Source of the DNA: a virus
Direction: 5' to 3' (one strand)
Virus record (IMG/VR): IMGVR_UViG_3300047388_000107
Location: 15,811 to 79,810 of that record
Length of the DNA stretch: 64,000 nt
Under the pieces are notes generated by a model. That model did not search any database, was not told the DNA's origin, and was given only the letters and a program-made list of their open reading frames with translations. Positions 1 to 7,833 of the stretch are shown one piece after another (the first letter of the stretch is position 1; each line of letters begins with the position of its first letter). The translations under genes and the position numbers were made by a program.

Positions 1-618
1 AGTGGTGGCGATGGTGGTGGCGGTGGTGGCGGTGGTGGCGGTGGAGGAGATACGGATATGGTTATCATTTCGGGTACGGCGCCTTCCAATCCTGCCACCG
101 GTCAGGAATGGTGGGATGGCACAACAATGAAGCTCTGGACCGGTACTGCTTGGGTGCCGACGAGCGGCGGCGGTGCGGTCACGACAACAACGCCGGTTTT
201 GTCTCTGTCAGTTCCAGCTACGCTCAATGTTGCGGCAGGCGCGTGGGCAGAGGTACCGTTCGCATCTACGCCTTCGATAGACACTTATGCTGGTTTTGAT
301 CCAGTTACTTATAAATACACTCCTAAAAAAGCTGGACATTACATATTTAGTTCGCGCCTCTATCTTACAGCGTCTGGTGGGCTGCTTGGTTTGTTACTGC
401 CTCGTAACGACAGCGGTGCGGGTATTGGTTCATCTATGGGAGTTGATTACGTCAGTGTAGCGATATCGTATTCAGCAAGCGCAATAACAGGATGGGAAGC
501 CGCGACCGACATAGCCTATATGAATGGCGTCACCGATTATGTGCGACTGTGGTGCTGGTGCAGCGGACCGATTGTCGGGACCAGCATTCCGATATTGCGT
601 GGATGGTTGCTGCCGTAG
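1..618 (+). CDS. Tail fibre/receptor-binding protein, C-terminal part (probably 5'-truncated by the window)
   Basis: Frame open from base 1 through a poly-Gly linker; 'VIISGTAPSNPATGQEWWD' linker typical of podoviral fibres; beta-rich C-terminal domain. ATG at 58 is an alternative start. Confidence 0.6.
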   Translation, partial: SGGDGGGGGGGGGGGGDTDMVIISGTAPSNPATGQEWWDGTTMKLWTGTAWVPTSGGGAVTTTTPVLSLSVPATLNVAAGAWAEVPFASTPSIDTYAGFDPVTYKYTPKKAGHYIFSSRLYLTASGGLLGLLLPRNDSGAGIGSSMGVDYVSVAISYSASAITGWEAATDIAYMNGVTDYVRLWCWCSGPIVGTSIPILRGWLLP

Positions 619-627
619 GAGCACCGG

Positions 628-2619
628 ATGGGTGGCGATGGTAGCGATGGCAGCGATGGTAGCGTAGGTGGCGGCATAGGTTCTGACGCTGCCGCGTCTG
701 ATAGCGCAGCCGCTGCGGCTGCTGGCGGCATTGGTGGCGGCATCGGTAGTGATGGCGGTGGCGGCGAAGGCAGTGCTCCGTCCGGTCCCGGCCCCGGAGA
801 CGATGCCAGCGATCCCGGCGATATCGGCAGCGAGACTGGTCCCAGCATCGGTACTGCTGCATTGGCAGCAGCGGCAGACGCCCAAGCTGCAATGGCTGCA
901 CTGGCGGGGCAGTATGGTTACGCCGCTCCCAGCATGACCGCTGCAGAAGCGCAAGCCGCTCAAACCGGCTTGGGACTATTTGGCATCGCTCCCAGCGTCA
1001 ATCTTGGTCTTCAAGGTATCGATCTTGCCGGTCCTGTTACGGCAATGGAGGACCCGGAAACTGATCTTTCACAAGAAAATTTGGCAGCTCTGAATGCGAA
1101 GGCTGTTGCCCTAGGTTTGATGAACCCTGATGGCACACCCGGTCCAAACGCCGCTACTCTTTCAGAAGCGGCTAACCCGGCTCTTGCTTCGCAACAAGCT
1201 ACGTTAGGAACGCCGACCGGAATTGCAATTGGTCAGCAAGCGGTAGCTGCGCAGAACCAAGCGCAAGTAAACATGGCCGACATGACGGACGCGTTACCCG
1301 GAGTAATGGGAACTGCGATTGGCCAGCAGGCACTTGGCACACAGGCGGACGCGCAAGCTGCGATGGCTGCGTTGGCATCGCAATACGGTATTGCACCTAC
1401 TGCGCCTACCGCTCCCACATCAACTTCTGTTTTTGGTGCCGTTCCGAGTGCAGCAACTTTGCCTTCAATGACTTCGCAATCGATAGCGGCAATAACAGCT
1501 AATCCGGGTGCCGCTATTAACGGTGTAGGTGCGTTTGGCACTGCTTCACCGGGTAACCCCGGTACTGCAGCATTAGGAACTGCTGCGGGTTTGGGTGAAA
1601 GTGTATCGGGTATTCCCGGAAATCCCGGTTATGGTTTTGCACAAGCAGTAAGCCCCGGTCCAAGTCCAAATGAGCCACCGGGTTCGCCAAACAATCCCAA
1701 TGCAGTTACGTCCGTTTCTATTCCAAGCATCGCTGCGCCCGTTGCGCCCATGGCCACGGTACCGGCAGTACCTACTGCTGTTTCCGGTGTTGCTGGCTTT
1801 GGTAATAATTTTGGATATGCTCCATCAGGTAACATGGCAGGTATCCCCGGATTTGGTCCAGCTACTGCTACTGTTGGATATACTGACGACCCTGCTTCTC
1901 AAGACCCAACAGCAAATTTTCCAACACCCAATCTTCCGGCAACTCCTACGCCGACAGTAACCAGCGCTCCCTTGCCAGCCATTGCACAGGAAGACCCGGT
2001 CGATCCGACTGAAATTCCGACACCTTTTACTTTTGCGCAGCTACCAACGCAAGTAACGACTGCTCCGTTGCCGCCGCAAGTGCCGATATCACAGCCGACA
2101 CCTATAACGGCGTATCCTACGCCACCGGTAACTATTGCTCCGTTACCACCGCAAGTGCCAGTATCGACGCCCAATTTGTCGTTGCCGCCGCCTACGCCGC
2201 CTGTACCGATGGAAAGCAAGACACCACAAGCTTTGATCGATGAAGCCAAGCAACAATTAGAAGCTCAACAAAATGTACCGCCTGTCGTAGTAGCGCCGCC
2301 GCCTGCCGTAGTAGCGCCACCGCCTGCTGCGATACCAGCCCCTGCGCCAGCACCCGCACCAGCGGCCACCGCAGCCTCGCCTGCAGCTGTTCCGGGGCAG
2401 AACCTCACCGGATTTACACCGGGTTCTAATCTAGCTGGCTTTGGCTCTTTTGGTGGGGGAGAAGGCAGGCTGTACAGCGACTACGGTGGGAATATCGCAC
2501 AGATGGCTCAACCAACACAGATAGCCCAGCAGCCAGTCCTGAACCTCAAGGGGGTCAACCCGCTCACGCTCGATAAGTCGCTGTTGCCGTTGTGGTGGCA
2601 GCAGAACATAGCCGCATGA
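628..2619 (+). CDS. Low-complexity Gly/Ala/Pro/Thr-rich protein, probable virion/ejection protein
   Basis: 663 aa ORF, AGGAG RBS, internal repeats (ADAQAAMAALA x2; VTxAPLP x3), ATGA coupling to TerL. Confidence 0.55.
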   Translation: MGGDGSDGSDGSVGGGIGSDAAASDSAAAAAAGGIGGGIGSDGGGGEGSAPSGPGPGDDASDPGDIGSETGPSIGTAALAAAADAQAAMAALAGQYGYAAPSMTAAEAQAAQTGLGLFGIAPSVNLGLQGIDLAGPVTAMEDPETDLSQENLAALNAKAVALGLMNPDGTPGPNAATLSEAANPALASQQATLGTPTGIAIGQQAVAAQNQAQVNMADMTDALPGVMGTAIGQQALGTQADAQAAMAALASQYGIAPTAPTAPTSTSVFGAVPSAATLPSMTSQSIAAITANPGAAINGVGAFGTASPGNPGTAALGTAAGLGESVSGIPGNPGYGFAQAVSPGPSPNEPPGSPNNPNAVTSVSIPSIAAPVAPMATVPAVPTAVSGVAGFGNNFGYAPSGNMAGIPGFGPATATVGYTDDPASQDPTANFPTPNLPATPTPTVTSAPLPAIAQEDPVDPTEIPTPFTFAQLPTQVTTAPLPPQVPISQPTPITAYPTPPVTIAPLPPQVPVSTPNLSLPPPTPPVPMESKTPQALIDEAKQQLEAQQNVPPVVVAPPPAVVAPPPAAIPAPAPAPAPAATAASPAAVPGQNLTGFTPGSNLAGFGSFGGGEGRLYSDYGGNIAQMAQPTQIAQQPVLNLKGVNPLTLDKSLLPLWWQQNIAA

Positions 2620-4163
2620 ACTACCCTTGGGACATTCCTGACAAGCGGACCGAGATCAACCGTAAGCTCTGTGATTTTGAATGGTACCGCGAAAGGTATC
2701 TCTACATCCGTCCCCGAGAAGGTGGAGCGCGGAAGCTGTTCCACATCAACGCTGCCCAAACCGTCTTGAACAACCGGCTGAAGGCGGAACTGAAAGAACA
2801 CGGGAACCTGCGCTCGCTGGTTCCCAAAGCGCGGCGGATGGGCGTCAGCACCTATATCAGCGGACGGTTCTTCCACAAGACCATCACCCAGAGGGGCCGC
2901 AGAGCCCACGTGGTGGCCCACAGGAACGACAGTGCCTCCAACATCCACAAGGAAGTCAAAGAGTTCTATGCGGGCCTCCCAGAGCCTTTGCGGCCCTCTC
3001 TGGGAGCATCCAATGCTCGCGAACTGCTGTTCGACAAGCTGCAATCCACTTACAAGGTGTCATCTGCAGAAGGTGGCGATATCGGACGGTCCGACGACAC
3101 ACATCTGCTGCACATGTCGGAAGCCGCCTTCTTTGACAATTCGGAAGACTTGTCATCCGGTCTGATGAAAACCGTGCTGGATATCCCCGGCACCGAGATC
3201 ATCATGGAGAGCACCGGCAACGGCGCTTCCGGCATGTTTTTTGACATGTGCGAACAGGCGCATCGCGACAAAAATAAGGGTCTCTGGCGGCTGCACTTCC
3301 TCGCGTGGCACATCATGCCGGAATACGTTCACGAACCGCCAACAGGTTGGGAATGCCCGCGCGAATTTGTTGACTACGGAAAGTTACACGGTCTGACCCT
3401 TGCCCAAATTTACTGGTATTACCGCGAGAATTATACGCTTGCTACGATGAACGGCGGCACGCCGGACAGCATTCACCGGTTAACCAAGCAGGAATTTCCG
3501 GCGAGCTATGCTGAATGCTTCATGACCGACAGCACGCTGGATTTCTTTCCAGCGTCGTTGGTGCAGCAGGCGATGTTGTCGAAGGTTGAGCCGACCGTCG
3601 GCGCGCTCAAGATTATATCGGTTGATCCGGCAGGAGATGGTAGCGATGACCCATGGGTCTGCGACAGACAAGGTTGTGTCATTGGCAAGCGCATCTGGGG
3701 GGCCATCAAATCCAAGGACCAGAACGTACAGGCCGATTGGCTGGTTAGTTCTTTTCGCCGTTTTGGCATGGATGCCATTCTTATTGATAGCGGTGGGCTT
3801 GGAAAGGGTCTGGTTGATGCTTGCAGGCTACGAATGCGTAATCAGGCCGACCGGGTTGTAGCCATCAATTTTGGCAGCGGTGCCAACAACGCCGTGCAGT
3901 TCGGCAACAAGCGAGCTGAACTGCATTTCAAATTTCAAATGTGGTTGCAGGGTCAAGTCAGAATGCCGAATGACAAGCTGCTGCAAGAACAGTGCGCAGC
4001 TTACAAGTGGGGGACCGGTGGTTGCCGCCGCGACGAACTGGCGCGGCTGTTCATGACACCGAAGGAAAAAATCCGGATGGAAATCGGCCGGTCCCCCGAC
4101 ATGCTTGATGCGATAGCAAACAGCTTCGGCATTAACGATTATGCGTTGCAGCCTACTTCTTAG
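2616..4163 (+). CDS. terL: Terminase large subunit
   Basis: Walker A KARRMGVST, Walker B LLHMSE, coupling motif EST, RNase H-like VDPAGDGSD and SPDMLDA; ATG at 2616 overlaps the upstream stop. Confidence 0.92.
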   Translation: MNYPWDIPDKRTEINRKLCDFEWYRERYLYIRPREGGARKLFHINAAQTVLNNRLKAELKEHGNLRSLVPKARRMGVSTYISGRFFHKTITQRGRRAHVVAHRNDSASNIHKEVKEFYAGLPEPLRPSLGASNARELLFDKLQSTYKVSSAEGGDIGRSDDTHLLHMSEAAFFDNSEDLSSGLMKTVLDIPGTEIIMESTGNGASGMFFDMCEQAHRDKNKGLWRLHFLAWHIMPEYVHEPPTGWECPREFVDYGKLHGLTLAQIYWYYRENYTLATMNGGTPDSIHRLTKQEFPASYAECFMTDSTLDFFPASLVQQAMLSKVEPTVGALKIISVDPAGDGSDDPWVCDRQGCVIGKRIWGAIKSKDQNVQADWLVSSFRRFGMDAILIDSGGLGKGLVDACRLRMRNQADRVVAINFGSGANNAVQFGNKRAELHFKFQMWLQGQVRMPNDKLLQEQCAAYKWGTGGCRRDELARLFMTPKEKIRMEIGRSPDMLDAIANSFGINDYALQPTS

Positions 4164-4731
4164 ATGGCGTCGGTACTGGTGCAGACGGCACAATCACGCC
4201 GATAGTCTGCCAGCCGTTGTCCGGCGTCCAGACCGCTTTCCACGCGACTTTGCCGGGCGCTTCTGGAGGAGCGGTGCTGTCCGGTGGGACGGCAATCGGC
4301 GGGCGCGCGCCGGGACCACCACCCCAGATGTAGATCGGTCCCCAACCGCCTTCCGTGTCCGGTGGCAGTACGATGGGGTGCGAGGGCTGCGGCAGATCAC
4401 CGGGTAGCGTGTGGTCCGGCTTCGGCGGCGTACCAGTTGGCGGCGTACTTCCTGCAGGAGGCATCGCAATCGGATGCTCCGGATGTGGCTGTTCACCGGG
4501 CAGTCCTTGATCGGGATGGACGGGTGCACCGGGTGGCAGCGGAAAGAAGATCGGATGTTCCGGATGCGGCAATTCACCGGGTAGCGTGTGATCGGGCCTT
4601 GGCGGTTGTCCACCGGGCTGTCCACCGCTGGGTGGCGTCGGTCCCGGCGACGGACGCGGCGGCGCTGATGCTGAACTCAGCGGCATAATCAGCGCAGTGT
4701 AGACGACTGGTCCTTGGGTCTTATCGGCCAT
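4153..4731 (-). CDS. Pro/His-rich HPI-repeat protein
   Basis: Three PDxxLPGxxPxPxHPI repeats, C-terminal WKxxWTxxxGW; RBS present; homologue at 61191-61706. Confidence 0.75.
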   Translation of the reverse strand: MADKTQGPVVYTALIMPLSSASAPPRPSPGPTPPSGGQPGGQPPRPDHTLPGELPHPEHPIFFPLPPGAPVHPDQGLPGEQPHPEHPIAMPPAGSTPPTGTPPKPDHTLPGDLPQPSHPIVLPPDTEGGWGPIYIWGGGPGARPPIAVPPDSTAPPEAPGKVAWKAVWTPDNGWQTIGVIVPSAPVPTPSKK

Positions 4732-4744
4732 GCTCTTCTCCCTG

Positions 4745-4924
4745 TTAATACGGTCGGATCGTAAGTTTACTCTTACCTTTTTTTGGTGGTTCGTCCACGT
4801 CCAGCATGTCAGCTTTCACTTCATGCATCCGGCTTTTTAGGCTGTGTCTAGCAGCAAGTTTGCGATGGTCATCAGCGGTCATGCTTTTTGGTTTTGCGGT
4901 AGGTTTGACTGGTTTTTTGCTCAT
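4745..4924 (-). CDS. Small basic protein (59 aa, MSKKPVKPTAKPKS...)
   Basis: Read manually (below track cutoff); ATGA overlap with the upstream gene stop. Confidence 0.55.
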   Translation of the reverse strand: MSKKPVKPTAKPKSMTADDHRKLAARHSLKSRMHEVKADMLDVDEPPKKGKSKLTIRPY

Positions 4925-5499
4925 ACTTTTATCCTCCAGCCTGCACCTGAAAATTGACCTTTGGTAATCCCGGCGTTGTTAGTAACTTCGGTGTCTGCAT
5001 ACTTGGAATTGAATTGCCTGTTACGCGGGTCCAGACCAGCGTACATGTCATGCAGTCTCTGACGTTTCAGCTTGTCGTAGGCCCACGTAATGCGAACATC
5101 GCGTTCCATCAGAATGGGCCGTCTGATTTTTCCTTCCTTGCTGACACCGGCAACCTTGCCTTCGAACAAGGCCAGCAAACGCGGATTGGTCGTTGGTTTC
5201 CAGTGATACCGCATGGCTTCTGCCAATTCTTGCACATCATCGTTGATGATGTGAAACGACAAATTTGAATATTTTTCTCGATCCGGAATGTAGAGCGGCA
5301 GAGGCCGGTCCAGCGTCAGGTTGGCAACGATATCCTTGATCTCCTGTTCGTCCGGAGTGTCTTGCAACGCAGCCATGGCGTCGCCAGCTTCTGGTGCTTC
5401 CGGAATATCTGCAGGCGGGTTCGGAACAAGGTTCTCGGGAAGGCCGGTGTTCATGCTTCCGGACGGAACGAACGGATTGAATGGCGGTGTTTCGGGCAT
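4921..5499 (-). CDS. Conserved head-cluster hypothetical protein
   Basis: GAGG RBS; 'LYIP...FHIINDD' resembles the small gene usually found between scaffold and capsid in such podoviruses. Confidence 0.6.
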   Translation of the reverse strand: MPETPPFNPFVPSGSMNTGLPENLVPNPPADIPEAPEAGDAMAALQDTPDEQEIKDIVANLTLDRPLPLYIPDREKYSNLSFHIINDDVQELAEAMRYHWKPTTNPRLLALFEGKVAGVSKEGKIRRPILMERDVRITWAYDKLKRQRLHDMYAGLDPRNRQFNSKYADTEVTNNAGITKGQFSGAGWRIKV

Positions 5500-5566
5500 C
5501 TAGCAACCTCGACAGATACTCGGTTTGTACGGCTCAGCTGGTGGCAACTCTTCTACTTGAGACTGC

Positions 5567-5779
5567 TTATCGAAAGGGATGTGGAACGCTTCCGCTCATG
5601 AAAGCAGTGATCGCGTAGATGATGATCAGAAGTAGGAAAATAAACCATATCCCCTGCACTAACCTCGCCGGGATCGGCGTGATGAAGGTATTTACCCCGT
5701 AGATGATAAGCCAGATAACCCCGGCGAGGACAATTGCTCCGATCAAAAGCCAAAGTAATGCGACTGCGATTGCGGCCAT
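5567..5779 (-). CDS. Small two-TM membrane protein, holin candidate
   Basis: Two hydrophobic segments; directly downstream of and coupled to the lysin. Confidence 0.55.
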   Translation of the reverse strand: MAAIAVALLWLLIGAIVLAGVIWLIIYGVNTFITPIPARLVQGIWFIFLLLIIIYAITAFMSGSVPHPFR

Positions 5780-6486
5780 TATGTCACTACCTTGCCGTTG
5801 ATGCTGATGGTTACGTCACCGATGACCGTAATGTCGATTTGCGCGGGTACTGGTTTTGGCTTGGGCGGTTTGACCGATCCAGCCGGACTGATCCACGCCA
5901 GCAGCTCGTCGTCGGTTCCGTCGAAACGATTGAGATCGACCAGACTGCCGTCGATGCCGTTGACTGTGCCGCTTTCCGAATACTGCCACAGCGCCCAATG
6001 GGAGTAGGTTTCAGTTGACCATGTTGGCGTGCCAGAGGTGTACTGTGCCAGCCACAGGTCGGTGTTTTTGGCCAGCAATTCGTCGTGGCTCGAAAGCTGT
6101 TCTTTCAGCAAATGCCCGCTATAGACCGTGATCTGCAAACCACGCGGATCGTCCAGCAGCGTTTGTACCGCTTCGTGCAAATCATCGAGGCTACAGCCAT
6201 CTTCTTCGTAATCGATTACTACCCGCTCGCCCGGCACCGGGTCGATGGTTTTCAAATAAAAATCCATCTGGTTGCTTGCATTGCCGGGCTTGATCCAGTG
6301 ATAGGTACAGCATTTGATCCCGGCCTTGATTGCGTTGCTGATATTTTTGGCGCGGTTCGGATCGACATAGCTCGAACCTTCGGTCGCCTTGTGGATCATG
6401 GCGATGACGCCAGCAGCACGAACTTCAGTGAAGTTGGGAAAATTTTGCCAATGACTGATATCGATGCATTTTACGACTTCACTCAT
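5779..6486 (-). CDS. GH25 muramidase endolysin
   Basis: IDISHWQ, KATEG, DYE (DxE), LWLAQY, WQYS, VDLN motifs. Confidence 0.93.
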   Translation of the reverse strand: MSEVVKCIDISHWQNFPNFTEVRAAGVIAMIHKATEGSSYVDPNRAKNISNAIKAGIKCCTYHWIKPGNASNQMDFYLKTIDPVPGERVVIDYEEDGCSLDDLHEAVQTLLDDPRGLQITVYSGHLLKEQLSSHDELLAKNTDLWLAQYTSGTPTWSTETYSHWALWQYSESGTVNGIDGSLVDLNRFDGTDDELLAWISPAGSVKPPKPKPVPAQIDITVIGDVTISINGKVVT

Positions 6487-6716
6487 TTGCCTGCATCCTC
6501 CAGTAGTTTCTGCACATCATCGCAGTGTTCAGGCACGGTGATAATTTTACCATCGGTCAGGCTGATGATGCAGCGCACGTCATCGGTGTAGAACTTGTTC
6601 GGTTGGTCGTCTTTAGCCGCTCTCAAGCTAGTGACTTGCTTTGGATTAATGACAACCTCATGCCCGTCAAGAGTGTGCAGCACGATCAGGCGCAGCACGA
6701 TTTCCACAACGGTCAT
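6483..6716 (-). CDS. FlbD/SwrD-like small protein
   Basis: L..LDG..V.INP..V....I.LTDG..I.V.E..D.V pattern. Confidence 0.55.
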   Translation of the reverse strand: MTVVEIVLRLIVLHTLDGHEVVINPKQVTSLRAAKDDQPNKFYTDDVRCIISLTDGKIITVPEHCDDVQKLLEDAGK

Positions 6717-7345
6717 TTCTTGCCCTTCGTCCTTTGATCTGCTGCATAGGCCGTGCTTAACGCAGTCTCGATATACTTCTGACGTTGTTCCTTGGTAGCA
6801 TTGCGCGTGAACTTGTCGGCTGAAGCCCTGATGATATCAGCAGTTTCTTTCGGTGCATCCGACAGCTTCAACCATGGTCCGCTGGATGACCGGCGTGGGA
6901 TCGCGCGTGCTGCATTGTCGGATGGCGCATCAGTCTTTTTGCGCGCAGCTTTCTTGGGTTCAGCTTCCGGATCGTCGTTTGCTTCTTCTTCTTCTTCTTC
7001 ATCTTTGGGATTGAACTCGTCTTCAACGGCTTTGATAAGTTCATCCGCAAATTCTTCTGCGCTCTTGAAAGCTGTCGGTTCCATGTTCTTGCCAAACTCC
7101 ACTGCTTTGGCTGACCGGCGCGGGTCTACGCCAAACCACGGTGCTTTGGTTTTCAGAACATCGCGGATATCGGTATTGGTGAATGCCGGTGTGGTTTTCT
7201 TGGCTTCTGTGATCGCCAATTCCGAAAGTTGCCGCGTAGCATTTCTGGCGGCATTGATATCGCCAACCTGCACGGCGCTGTCGAGCGCATGAACCAAGCT
7301 GTTTCGTTGCTGTTGGCGTATCAGGATTTCAACATCGTCAGCCAT
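6713..7345 (-). CDS. Capsid scaffolding-like protein
   Basis: Helical and charged, PWFGVD motif, acidic run; lies in the portal-GroES cluster. Confidence 0.6.
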   Translation of the reverse strand: MADDVEILIRQQQRNSLVHALDSAVQVGDINAARNATRQLSELAITEAKKTTPAFTNTDIRDVLKTKAPWFGVDPRRSAKAVEFGKNMEPTAFKSAEEFADELIKAVEDEFNPKDEEEEEEANDDPEAEPKKAARKKTDAPSDNAARAIPRRSSSGPWLKLSDAPKETADIIRASADKFTRNATKEQRQKYIETALSTAYAADQRTKGKK

Positions 7346-7347
7346 GG

Positions 7348-7833
7348 CTAGCTCCCGTATACTACTCGCTCGCGAACACCGACATCGGGCTCAAGATCAG
7401 GCTGCCTCATGTTATGAAGATCGCCGTCAACAATTCCTTCGTCGGTCCATTCCAACGTAGCTGGATCAGGCATGTCTGCTGCTGGATAGACTTTGATTAC
7501 GTCGTTGAAAGTGGAGATATAGCGCCAGCCTCCAATCGTATTCAGGATACCTTTGCCAGCTTGAAAGAAAGTACCAGCGCCCCAGCGGATCAGCACCCAA
7601 TCGCCAATCTCGGCAGTCTGATCTGTAAATCCTTCCCGGCCCTTATAGGCAAATGCCAGCGGTCCTTTTTGCCGGATGATCCCGGCTTGTACGCTGGATG
7701 AATTAATCTCGCGCGCGATATCGGGTATCCAAATGCTTCGTACTTTGCTTGGCGGATACGGAATTTGAATGGTGATGTAGTCGCGACACGGCGTACCTTT
7801 GTCATGCGGGATATCAAAGCCATATATACTCAA
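7348..7833 (-). CDS. GroES-like co-chaperonin
   Basis: 'IWIPD...GII..KGPLAF...IGDWVL...G' pattern; TTG start behind AGGAG. Confidence 0.7.
   Translation of the reverse strand: MSIYGFDIPHDKGTPCRDYITIQIPYPPSKVRSIWIPDIAREINSSSVQAGIIRQKGPLAFAYKGREGFTDQTAEIGDWVLIRWGAGTFFQAGKGILNTIGGWRYISTFNDVIKVYPAADMPDPATLEWTDEGIVDGDLHNMRQPDLEPDVGVRERVVYGS

Noticed and set aside
1-57. GGT/GGC microsatellite
   Set aside because: Explained as an in-frame poly-Gly linker
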